This document shows positions 51,457-64,000 of a stretch of DNA of 64,000 nt, piece after piece. A program made the translations under genes and the position numbers. The notes under the pieces are model-generated. The model was given only the letters and a program-made list of their open reading frames with translations. It searched no databases and was not told the origin of the DNA. The stretch's first letter is position 1; each line of letters begins with the position of its first letter. This DNA comes from Selaginella moellendorffii. Its lineage: Eukaryota; Plantae; Lycopodiophyta. Location: contig NW_003314376.1 of NCBI RefSeq assembly GCF_000143415.4, forward strand, positions 186,001 through 250,000, given 5' to 3'.

Positions 51457-51935
51457 AGGTGACGTTTCCAATTTTGAACTTTTGTAAGAAAAACAAGTTA
51501 CTCATTTTAAAAGACTTTTAGCTATACAAATATGTAGCTAAATATGTTTACTAGCAAACCAAAATACCAATTAATATTAGTGTTTAGACAATTTGATTGG
51601 TACAGAAGACCATACCAGTTGATTTATATTGTGTTGGTTTTACCAATTGCTTTACTCCTCTTGCATAACACTGCAAAGCAAAACACTATCCCTCTTCCTC
51701 CTCCTCTTGTGATTACTATTACTATAATATGTATTATTATTATAAGCATTAGTAACATTCTTCATGGTTGCCTGCAGATGCAGCTTCTTGGCTATAGGAA
51801 CTTGCTGGAGATGGTGGGATTTCCAAAGCTCATCTCTCAAAAGGCTCTTGAAATGCAACAAAAGCTGCCAGAATCTCCAAGGATGAGTATTAGAATGGTG
51901 AAGAGAAAAGTTTAGCATTTTTGTTTCTTTGCTAA

Positions 51936-51966
51936 GGCGAGATAGCTCAGATGGTAGAGCGCTTGC
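51936..51966 (+). pseudogene. Truncated tRNA-Ala 5' half
   Basis: Same as 15109-15139. Confidence 0.75.
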
Positions 51967-52438
51967 CATCAAAATATGTTTGATTATTGGATCGTTCCAG
52001 GCGTTTTGACCGATTTTACTGGTGTTGACCTTTGGGGAGCTATGGATGGATGTTGCACCGTGAGACTGTCAACAGAGCCATGCATAGATATTTATCTTGT
52101 GTTTCTTTTTCCCACTTTTTTGCAAACGAGTAAAAAAGTTTCGTTCACTGCAAGTACATTAGGATTGAGCCTGGAAAGGAGTTGCCATCAAATTAAAGAT
52201 GTCTTATCTTTTTGAAATATTGAGCACTTCGTGATTGTGAGATTAAATCGCTGTTCACATCTAGGTTTGGGCTCTTTGGCATGCTCAGTTCAAGTCCGAC
52301 AATCCACAGCGTCACAAGCTCTTGTTTTTTTCACAAAGCCAAAAGTACCTCTTTATTTTCTATTTTCTAAGTCAAGGGTTAGGTTATAATCTTTCTCGCT
52401 TGGATTTTTCTATTGTCGAAGCTCTCGTCAGGTAAGCT

Positions 52439-53194
52439 ATGGTCTCTCGCGCTCACGCCGCCCCAACGCTTGCCCGCCGAGCTCCACCCTGGCATGGCGG
52501 CCATCACCGAGCTTCACACCCGCGAGCTCCAGCTCTAGCTCCAGCACATCCACCACACCACCATGGACACCATCCTCGAGGAGCCCACGAGCCAGTGCCA
52601 GGTTTAGCTCCAGTTCTTCAAGGTGACGCTCCAGTTCGAGCCCCAGCGCCAGCTGCTTTCGTTCACCCTGCTCGCGGCCACCCTGCTCATCTAGCTCCAG
52701 CGCCTGATGCTCGCCACCACGATCCAGCTCCAGCAGCAGCAGTGTACCATCATCATCACGGTGATGGAGCTCCTCTGGTTGTTCACCACCATCACCATGG
52801 TCACCACCATGGAGGACGCCACAACCACCACCACCACCACCACCACCACCACCATCGTCGCGAGGGTCACGACGCAGCAGTGGCCACACCAACACCCGCA
52901 GCAGTAGTTACAGTGGTTCGGAGGACGCCGTGGTCGCTGCTCCAGCTTCTTCTGTGGGTTTTGGTTGCGATCTTGGTGCTGCTCGCATTCTTTTTGCTCG
53001 TGCGATGGATGTTCTCTCGGAGGAAGCAGCGCAGTAATGCGATCTTTCAGGATCCCGGGTGGCAGATCGAAGTTGTGGTGGACGATTCTCTGACTGAGAA
53101 GAAACAGCTGGAAGCTCACACTCGTGGTTCGCACAGCAATGGCACTCTGGGATTCTCCTCAAAGTGTCCTGCCAACACTGGCAGTGACGCGTAA
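52439..53194 (+). CDS. His/Pro-rich single-TM protein, copy 3
   Basis: 251-aa ORF near identical to 15612-16382. Confidence 0.6.
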   Translation: MVSRAHAAPTLARRAPPWHGGHHRASHPRAPALAPAHPPHHHGHHPRGAHEPVPGLAPVLQGDAPVRAPAPAAFVHPARGHPAHLAPAPDARHHDPAPAAAVYHHHHGDGAPLVVHHHHHGHHHGGRHNHHHHHHHHHHRREGHDAAVATPTPAAVVTVVRRTPWSLLQLLLWVLVAILVLLAFFLLVRWMFSRRKQRSNAIFQDPGWQIEVVVDDSLTEKKQLEAHTRGSHSNGTLGFSSKCPANTGSDA

Positions 53195-53754
53195 GTCAGC
53201 ACAGTGCATGCCTTGTCACATGGAAGATTGTGTACAAACAATCTTCAAGGAGATGAAGTTGCAGAGGAAGAAGACAGCAGGGTCTTGCTCACGGACGGTG
53301 AAGATCACATACAAGGGTCCACTGGTGGAAGTCACCAGACTTGGAAGTTATTGCGCAGCTGGCTCGGAACATGGACTAGAAAGTAGAGCAGGAACCTACC
53401 AAGTTTCGATTTGACTGAGCTATCCTCTAGAGGTGACGGGGGAGCAGACGTTAGTGCACCTCCAAAGGCCAGAGAAGTTGCTTGAGACGAAAGGTTTGAG
53501 AAAAGGTAACGTACTACTTTTGCTCTCTGTTCTTGCAGGTGCTCAAATCTCAACTTCGATGAGAAGAAGCAGAGCAGGGCATAGCGGCCAGATAGGTTTC
53601 TCCAGAGTCAAGAGCATCATAAGCCAGGAATCAAGCAAGTGCAAAATTGTGGAAGTATGGTCGAAGTCTACACTGCGGCTTGCAACACAGGTTGTTTGAC
53701 AGGATGGGACGAAGAACAGGATAGGTTGGTCTACCTCGCAAATTAACCCAATGC

Positions 53755-54100
53755 ATTCGTCGCAAGCAGCCTCGTGGACATGTTGAAGCATCAGAAGTGT
53801 TCAGGAGGTCAAAGAAACACGACGTTGGTTGCCTGGAACATGATCATCATGGGACATGCACGTCTTCTATCAGATGCAACGAGAAGCTGGCCTGCCTCCA
53901 AACGCTGAGACTTTGCATGGAGCAGCAAAACGTCGTTTCCTGGGATTTGCCAAGAACAACCTTTGCTCTTGAGTGCTATGAGCAAGCCGCAGACTTTCAT
54001 GGTGGCGCTCAAGGCATGCGGTGACTTAGCAGAGAAGAGGCTCCACTCGCAGATCTGGGAGAGAAATCTGGAGGGAATCCACTACTCAGCGTGGTCGCTC
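53755..54100 (+). pseudogene. PPR remnant (arm A copy)
   Basis: Near identical to 16940-17290. Confidence 0.7.
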
Positions 54101-56004
54101 AATGAGAGAAAAGCTTTTCTTGGGAGGTCGGTAAACATTGCAAGGAAAGAGTGTCATGCAAGGTTGATGGAGCCGTCAATTAAAGATGGTACCTGAAAAG
54201 ACGTGAAAGGATCCTAGCTGGCATGATAAAAAATATGAGAGAAAATACTTATCTCTTAATTAATTTGCTGTGAGTAATTTAGTTATAAACTTATTTAAGA
54301 TTAATATTATAGTAGAATAAACAAAAATATACTAGAATGTGTTTATACGGAAGTTTATAAATTATTAAAAAAAAAGATTAATCTAAATGAGCAACCAACT
54401 ATAAGATATTAAAATATAATAGAATCTCCAAGCATAATTTAAGTATATTCAATACCACCATAGGTTTGCTGAAGCAAACCAGTTATGGATCTATAGTGTT
54501 TGGTCACTTTAAACCTATAGAAGCTTATTCACAAACCTATTTACATTATTATATAGAACTTTTTTCCCAAAACTTCTTTGACTAAACCCGTATTAAAACT
54601 TGGGACTTAAGTTCCTCCTAGATTTTGTTGTTGATTAGATGTTATGTTTTTCTTTCAACCATGCTCTGTACAAATATACAAACTTTATAATTATAATTCA
54701 AGTTCTTTAAATCTTTTTTAATTTCATATTAGTAGACGAGAAATAACAAACATATGAACATTACAAATACTTGGTTAAAGGAAGCAAACATAGCATACTC
54801 AAAAGCATTATAGTTGAAAGTAAAAAATAGCCATCAAACAGGAATACCATCATTATGAGTATATAATTCTCAAGTATGGAAGAAATATTATAAATGGGAA
54901 GCTTTACAACATCATAAACAACTAATTCCCGAGTTGCAATTACATATAAACATTAAAATTCTGAAATCTTTCATCCTTTGCATAGGATGGATCCAAATGT
55001 TAAAGTTTGGATTCATAATGTCTTAACATGAGGTGAAAAAAAGAGATATTGGTATTGTATTTGAAACTAAAATAAACTTTATCTATAAATTACACTGAAA
55101 ACAATATAGGGCATTTCTTATAATTACACTCAAAGAGAGAGTTAAATTCTTCAATAGAAGAAAAACGTGCAACCATCACGAAACTTAAATGTATCAACGA
55201 CCTTGTCTAGATCAGCTGAAAGAAGGCACAAAGAAACTTGCCAAGCATCAGCAAGACAAAAGCACACAATTTACTTTGGACAACTCTCTATCACGAAATC
55301 AAAAAAGATTTAAAGAACTTGAATCATAGTTACAAAGTTGTACATTTGTACAGGACAGAATGTAACATCTAATCTACTTGGAGAAGCTTGAGTCCCAAGT
55401 TTTCAAGTTAAGTTTAAGTGACCAAACACCATAGATATATAATTTCCTATATAAATAACCATTTGTGAAATGAGCATGATTGTCTCTGATATTTTTATCT
55501 TTTGACCATGGTGTGCCCCCTAAGATCCTTTCGCCTGTTTTCATCTTTGTTTGGGTTTTGTTGATGGCTCCATCAATCTTGCATTACACTCTTTCTCCAT
55601 TTTCCTCACAAAGTTTACCAACAAGCTCCCGAGATGAGCAACACCTCCTAATACCCTCTCCACAATAAGATTGTATGTCCATTCCCGTCCCTGAAATAAC
55701 ATGTCATTGATGAAAAAGTCAAAGAACAAGGTAAGGAGATAAGCTCCAGAGCCTTCACAGCTTTTCATGAAACTACCAAGCTTCAGTTTCGCCTTCACAA
55801 GGAGGTATTTGGCTTATGTGATGCTTAGGCCAAGATGGTCGAGCTAGTTAGAAGTCTCTGACTTCAAGCTGTTTTAGCTATAAGATGAAACAAAAAAGCT
55901 ATGAACTAAAAATTATAGTACCTATGAACATCATGCTTTGTAAGGCACTCTCCAGGTACTTCAAATGAGTAGTGCAAGAGGAAGTGCCGGAGTAATACTG
56001 AACT

Positions 56005-56395
56005 TGGGGCAGAAAACTTCTTGAGAGGCAGCCACGTCTCCACACTTCCTATAGAATGTGATGAGTGAGCACGCGAGTAGTGGATTCCGTCCAGATTTCT
56101 CTTCCAGATCTGCGAGTGGAGCCTCTTCGCCTAAGTCGCCCCGTGCCTTGAGCGCCACCACGAAAGTCTGAGCGTTTGGCTGCTGGCTTGCTCATAGCGC
56201 TCGAGAGCAAAGGTTGTTCTCGGTGTATCCCAGGAAAGGATGTTTTGCTCAGCGTGAGGTAGGCCAGCTTCTCGTGCATCCGATAGAAGAAGTGCATGTC
56301 CCATGATGATCGTGTTCCAGACATGTTTCTTCGTCCTCCCGAACACTTCTGACGCTTCCACATGTCCACGAGGCTGCTTGCGACAAATGCATCAG
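56005..56395 (-). pseudogene. PPR remnant (arm B copy)
   Basis: Near identical to 19200-19590. Confidence 0.7.
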
Positions 56396-56677
56396 CTTCG
56401 TATTCACAATTTGTGAGGCAAGAGTGTTGCTTTCCAGGTAGACCAACCTATCCTGTTCATCGTCCCATCCTGTTGAACAACCTGTGTTGCAAGCCGCAGT
56501 GTGGACTTCGACCATACTTTCACAATTGCACTTGCTTGATTCCCCGCTTGTGATGCTCTTGACTCTGGAGAAACTTATCTGGCCACTATGCCCTGTACTG
56601 CTTCTTCTCATCAAAGTTGAGATTTGAGCGCCTGCAAGAATAGAGAGCAAAAGTAGTACGTTACATTTTCTCAAACC

Positions 56678-56777
56678 NNNNNNNNNNNNNNNNNNNNNNN
56701 NNNNNNNNNNNNNNNNNNNNNNNNNNNNNNNNNNNNNNNNNNNNNNNNNNNNNNNNNNNNNNNNNNNNNNNNNNNNN
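56678..56777. other. Assembly gap (100 N)
   Basis: Run of n. Confidence 1.
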
Positions 56778-57921
56778 GCACCAACGTCTGCTCCCTTGTC
56801 ACCTCTAGATGATAGCTCGTAAATCCTTCATCAAATCGAAACTTGGTAGGTTCTTGCTCTACCTTCCAATCCATGTTCCGAGCCAGTTGTGTCATAACTT
56901 CCAAGTCTGGCGACTTCCACCAGTCAACCCTTGTATGTGATCTCTGGGTGAGATCACTGTCAGTGAGCAAGAGCCTACTGTCTTCTTGCTCTGCGACTTC
57001 ATCTCCTTGAAGATTGATTCTACACAATCTTCCCTGTGACAACACATGCACTGTGCTGACTTACGTGTCACTGCCAGTGTTGGCAGGACACTTTGCGGAG
57101 AATTCCAGTGTACCATTGCTGTGGGAACTACGAGTGTGAGCATCCAGCTGTTTCTTCTCAGTCGGCGAATCGTCCACCACAACTGCCAGATGATCCGTCA
57201 CTTCGATCTGCCACCCGGGCTCCGTAAAGATCGCATTCCTGCGCTGCTTCCTTTGAGATAACATGCATCGCTCAATCACGAAATGCTCTCCACAGTATAG
57301 GTATGATATTTCAAAAAGAGAAATGGATATCTTTCCAATCCTAATGTCCTACTTGCAGTGACACGCCACTTTGCATACTTTGAATAACGAAACTCTTTTT
57401 TTTTCTCGTTTTTCAACTTAGCACTCATTGAATGGGATCATGGAGACACAAGCCATCAGCGTGCACAAACTACTTCCTCTACAGGAAACTGGGGAAAAGA
57501 AACACGAGATAAATATCTATCCATTGCTGTTTTGATAGTCTCACGGTGAGATGCAAAAATGAAAGTTGGATTATCTTTGTCAGGTAGATGGCATCCTTGT
57601 TGTCTTCACGCTCCTGCCTACCAGTCTTCTTTTTCTCGGCCGGTGGAGGTCTGTTATTATGGCTGCCTCTATTGCAGACACAACATATCAAAGTAGTTTC
57701 AATAATGTCAGAGGCAAAAGCAAAAGAATTAACCCATCTGGGTACTGGAATAAAAGCCAGTTTGTCACAGACGGTAGAGCAGCAATCCAGTGACCCAACA
57801 GTGGAGGGAACTGGCACCATCCGGTTTTACTTCTTCATCGTGGATCCCTAGATCCTCAAGTGGTCAACCATAGTCAACACCAGTAAAATCGGTCAAAATG
57901 CTTGGAATGATTGAAAATAGT

Positions 57922-57994
57922 TGGAGATGCCAGGTATCAATCCCGGTGCCTCTCGCATGCTAAGTGAGCACTCTACCATCTGAACTACATCCCC
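57922..57994 (-). pseudogene. tRNA-Ala(AGC) likely pseudogene
   Basis: Full length but ~5 transitions including the T-loop (GATTGAT), D stem and anticodon stem. Confidence 0.75.
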
Positions 57995-58567
57995 TTAGCA
58001 TAGAAACAAAAATGCAAAGCTTTTCTCTTCACCATTCTAGTACTCATCCTTGGAGATTCTAGTGTCTTTTTTGTCACATTTCAAGAGTTTTTTGATTGAT
58101 TCTAGAGCTCTAGCTATGGAGGAAAGTACTCCAGTTCTGCTGTGTAGTGTTAGTTATCCAAAACCAAAAGATATACCATGTATTTGGTTAGTTGGGTAAA
58201 ATTGATGTATTTGGAGTTTTAAACTTTAGATGAAACAAGCTTTAAATTGGAAAAGAACACTTTACAACAATAACAATAAGGTAAACATTAGCAGTTTCTC
58301 AAGAAATTCTAAAAATGAGAAAAAATAAATCTGTGAAAATTATAAATGCATAATCAAATGAAGCAAAGGCAACATACTTAAGGGCATTATAGTTAAAGGC
58401 AAAAGTTAAAAGTCTTAACATTAAACAACAATACCATCATTACAAGTATATAATTTTCAATTATGGAATTGATACTATAAATAAGAAGATTTACAACATC
58501 ACAATAAACTAATTCCCATACATATACTTCCTACATTTGGTGAGTCTTTAATCCCTTATAAACATAT

Positions 58568-59873
<1,306 letters not shown>

Positions 59874-60370
59874 ATATATATTTTATATATTATATGGCTA
59901 TTGGGATGGATCCAAATCTTAAAATTTGGATTCACTGCAATATCTTAATATGGGGGGTTTATGACATTGGAAAAGAAATAGATATTGGTATTATATTTGA
60001 ATTTGATATATATTTATAAATAAACATTTACTTATAAATTACTCATAAAATAACAAAAGGACATTTTTTAAAGTTACACTAAAATGGATTTTATAGTAAT
60101 AAATGTATATTCAGTAATACTAAATATAGTGAATTTATTCTGTAAATTAGGTCAGAAGGTAAAACCTCTATTAAATAGGAAATATTGCCACTCAGATCTA
60201 AATATTCTTTAAATTTAAATTTTTAAAAAATACCTGTTTAATAAAAATATTGCCACGAAAACATTAAGAAATTATTATTTCGTGTACCAGAATATTTGAA
60301 AATATTTTTAATGACTCCTTTTGCTCTCTCTATTATCAGATCTGTATAGGACTACATTAAGTTGTACATT

Positions 60371-60624
60371 CATGAGGTCAGTAGGAAGGCATTGATTTGC
60401 TTGTTACAACTTACAAGTTCCAAAGGCATTAGTTTGGTTTTGGTACAAGATCCAGGCAGGACAACATGCTTGGAATACAAGGAATGGAGAGAGGCCACCT
60501 TGAAACAAAATCCATCACCTAGTAAGCTTTTAATAATTGGTTTCTTTGGATTGATCAAGCATGCCCAATATCTCTATTTGTTTGTTCAGAAAAGCAAATG
60601 CACTTAAATTTTGAAAGAATGTGA
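60371..60624 (+). pseudogene. ORC6: ORC6 3' remnant (arm A copy)
   Basis: Near identical to 14376-14629. Confidence 0.8.
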
Positions 60625-61106
60625 AGGTGACGTTTCCAATTTTGAACTTTTGTAAGAAAAACAAGTTACTCATTTTAAAAGACTTTTAGCTATACAAATA
60701 TGTAGCTAAATATGTTTACTAGCAAACCAAAATACCAATTAATATTAGTGTTTAGACAATTTGATTGGTACAGAAGACCATACCAGTTGATTTATATTGT
60801 GTTGGTTTTACCAATTGCTTTACTCATCCTCTTGCATAACACTGCAAAGCAAAACACTATCCCTTTTCCTCCTCCTCTTGTGATTACTATTACTATAATA
60901 TGTATTATTATTATAAGCATTAGTAACATTCTTCATGGTTGCCTGCAGATGCAGCTTCTTGGCTATAGAAACTTGCTGGAGATGGTGGGCTTTCCAAAGC
61001 TCATCTCTCAAAAGGCTCTTGAAATGCAACAAAAGCTGCCAGAATCTCCAAGGATGAGTATTAGAATGGTGAAGAGAAAAGTTTAGCATTTTTGTTTCTT
61101 TGCTAA

Positions 61107-61162
61107 GGGGAGATAGCTCAGATGGTAGAGCGCTCGCTTAGGATCAATAACCAGCATCTCCA
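61107..61162 (+). pseudogene. tRNA-Ala pseudogene with internal deletion
   Basis: Same deletion type as 31356-31412. Confidence 0.8.
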
Positions 61163-61629
61163 AATATGTTTGATTATTGGATCGTTCTAGGCGTTTTGAC
61201 CGATTTTACTGGTGTTGACCTCTGGGGGAGCTATGGATGGATGTTGCACCGTGAGACTGTCAACAGAGCAATGCATAGATATTTATCTTGTGTTTCTTTT
61301 TCCCACTTTTTTGCAAACGAGTAAAAAAGTTTCGTTCACTGCGAGTACATTAGGATTGAGCCTGGAAAGGAGTTGCCATCAAATTAAAGATGACTTATCT
61401 TTTTGAAATATTGAGCACTTCGTGATTGTGAGATTAAATCGCTGTTCACATCTAGGTTTGGGCTCTTTGGCATGCTCAGTTCAAGTCCGACAATCCACAG
61501 CGTCACAAGCTCTTGTTTTTTTCACAAAGCCAAAAGTACCTCTTTATTTTCTATTTTCTAAGTCAAGGGTTAGGTTATAATCTTTCTCGCTTGGATTTTT
61601 CTATTGTCGAAGCTCTCGTCAGGTAAGCT

Positions 61630-62403
61630 ATGGTCTCTCGCGCTCACGCCGCCCCAACGCTTGCCCGCCGAGCTCCAGCGCCCTGGCATGGCGGCCATCA
61701 CCGAGCTTCACACCCGCGAGCTCCAGCTCTAGCTCCAGCACATCCACCACACCACCATGGACACCATCCTCGAGGAGCCCACGAGCCAGTGCCAGGTTTA
61801 GCTCCAGTTCTTCAAGGTGACGCTCCAGTTCGAGCCCCAGCCCCAGCTGCTTTCGTTCACCCTGCTCGCGGCCACCCTGCTCATCTAGCTCCAGCTCCTG
61901 ATGCTCACCACCACGATCCAGCTCCAGCAGCAGCAGTGTACCATCATCATCACGGTGATGGAGCTCCTCTGGTTGTTCACCACCATCACCATGGTCACCA
62001 CCATGGTCACCACCATGGAGGACGCCACAACCACCACCACCACCACCACCACCACCACCACCATCGTCGCGAGGGTCACGACGCAGCAGTGGCCACACCA
62101 ACACCCGCAGCAGTAGTTACAGTGGTTCGGAGGACGCCGTGGTCGCTGCTCCAGCTTCTTCTGTGGGTTTTGGTTGCAATCTTGGTGCTGCTCGCATTCT
62201 TTTTGCTCGTGCGATGGATGTTCTCTCGGAGGAAGCAGCGCAGTAATGCGATCTTTCAGGATCCCGGGTGGCAGATCGAAGTTGTGGTGGACGATTCTCT
62301 GACTGAGAAGAAACAGCTGGAAGCTCACACTCGTGGTTCGCACAGCAATTGCACTCTGGGATTCTCCTCAAAGTGTCCTGCCAACACTGGCAGTGACGCG
62401 TAA
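61630..62403 (+). CDS. His/Pro-rich single-TM protein, copy 4
   Basis: 257-aa ORF near identical to 15612-16382. Confidence 0.6.
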   Translation: MVSRAHAAPTLARRAPAPWHGGHHRASHPRAPALAPAHPPHHHGHHPRGAHEPVPGLAPVLQGDAPVRAPAPAAFVHPARGHPAHLAPAPDAHHHDPAPAAAVYHHHHGDGAPLVVHHHHHGHHHGHHHGGRHNHHHHHHHHHHHRREGHDAAVATPTPAAVVTVVRRTPWSLLQLLLWVLVAILVLLAFFLLVRWMFSRRKQRSNAIFQDPGWQIEVVVDDSLTEKKQLEAHTRGSHSNCTLGFSSKCPANTGSDA

Positions 62404-62959
62404 GTCAGCACAGTGCATGCCTTGTCACATGGAAGATTGTGTACAAACAATCTTCAAGGAGATGAAGTTGCAGAGCAACAAGACAGCAGGGTCTTGCTCA
62501 CGGACGGTGAAGATCACATACAAGGGTCCACTGGTGGAAGTCACCAGACTTGGAAGTTATTGCGCAGCTGGCTCGGAACATGGACTGGAAAGTAGAGCAG
62601 GAACCTACCAAGTTTGGATTTGACTGAGCTATCCTCTAGAGGTGACGGGGGAGCAGACGTTAGTGCACCTCCAAAGGCCAGAGAAGTTGCTTGAGACGAA
62701 AGGTTTGAGAAAAGGTAACGTACTACTTTTGCTCTCTGTTCTTGCAGGTGCTCAAATCTCAACTTCGATGAGAAGAAGCAGAGCAGGGCATAGCGGCCAG
62801 ATAGGTTTCTCCAGAGTCAAGAGCATCATAAGCCAGGAATCAAGCAAGTGCAAAATTGTGGAAGTATGGTCGAAGTCTACACCGCGGCTTGCAACACAGG
62901 TTGTTTGACAGGATGGGACGAAGAACAGGATAGGTTGGTCTACCTCACAAATTAACCCA

Positions 62960-63310
62960 ATGCATTCGTCGCAAGCAGCCTCGTGGACATGTGGAAGCAT
63001 CGGAAGTGTTCAGGAGGACAAAGAAACACGACGTTGGTTGCCTGGAACACGATCATCATGGGACATGCACGTCTTCTATCAGATGCAACGAGAAGCTGGC
63101 CTGCCTCCAAACGCTGAGACTTTGCATGGAGCAGCAAAACGTCGTTTCCTGGGAACAACCTTTGCTCTTGACTGCTACGAGCAAGCCGCAGCCAAACGCT
63201 CAGACTTTCATGGTGGCGCTCAAGGCACGCGGCGACTTAGCAGAGAAGAGGCTCCACTCGCAGATCTGGGAGAGAAATCTGGAGGGAATCCAGTACTCAG
63301 CGTGGTCGCT
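62960..63310 (+). pseudogene. PPR remnant (arm A copy)
   Basis: EASEVF..NVVSW..PNAQTFMVALKA. Confidence 0.7.
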
Positions 63311-64000
63311 CAATGAGAGAAAAGCTTTTCTTGGGAGGTCGGTAAACTTTGCAAGGAAAGAGTGTCAGGCAAGGTTGATGGAGCCGTCAATCAAAGATGG
63401 TACCTGAAAAGATGCGAATGGATCTTAGCTGGCACACCTTGGTGAAGAGATAAAAAATATGAGAGACAATACTTATCTCTTAATTAATTTGCTGTAGTAC
63501 CATTCATTGAGTAATTTAGTTATAAACTTATTTGAGATTAATATTATAGTAGAATAAACAAAAATATACTAGAAAGTGTTTATATGGAAGTTTATAGATT
63601 ATAATCAAAAAGATTAATCTAAATGAACAACAACTATTAGATATTAAAATATCCTAGAATCTCCAAGCATAGTTTAAGTATATTCAATACCACCATATTT
63701 ATAGTGTTTGGTCACCTTAAACCTGTAGAAGCTTATTCACAAACTTATTTACATTATTATATAGAAATTTTTTCCCAAAACTTCTTTGATTAAACCCATA
63801 TTAAACTTGGGATTTAAGTTTCTCCGAGATTTTGTTGTTGATTAGATGTTATGTTTTTCTTTTAACCATGCTCTGAATAAATATATAACTTTTATAACTA
63901 TAATTCAAGTTCTTTAAATCTTTTTTAATTTCATATTAGTAGACAAGAAACAACAAACATATGAACATTACAAATACTTGGTCAAAGGAAGCAAAGACAG

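Overview
Repeat-rich eukaryotic (land-plant) genomic DNA; the ~50-70 nt introns, PLS-type PPR remnants and TTTAGGG repeats suggest a compact-genome lycophyte such as Selaginella (inference). The host sequence is one small segment (ORC6 gene, tRNA-Ala(AGC), a His/Pro-rich single-TM gene, a PPR remnant). It was first duplicated as an inverted pair (arm A on +, arm B on -; ~14.4-22.0 kb) and then tandemly amplified about 4-5 times. The result is 2 near-complete ORC6 copies (one disrupted, one with a lost stop) plus 5 3' remnants, 4 full-length and 5 truncated tRNA-Ala copies, and 4 His-rich ORFs. Inserted in the array are: a short-LTR (~175 bp) Ty3/gypsy family with a tRNA-Ala PBS (family G, 5 pieces, one near full length); a related non-autonomous LTR family (C) with a microsatellite inside its LTR and a 4-bp ATAT TSD; a degenerate tRNA-iMet-primed gypsy and a related solo LTR; and two copies of a ~6.3 kb TIR DNA transposon. 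That transposon carries a Sola-like transposase N-terminus, a divergent ORF with a ParB-like segment, about 10 dispersed 22-bp palindromes and short telomeric repeats, and is the most novel-looking system here. Three N gaps are present, and some near-identical copies could be assembly or haplotype redundancy. All calls were made by eye; no searches were run.
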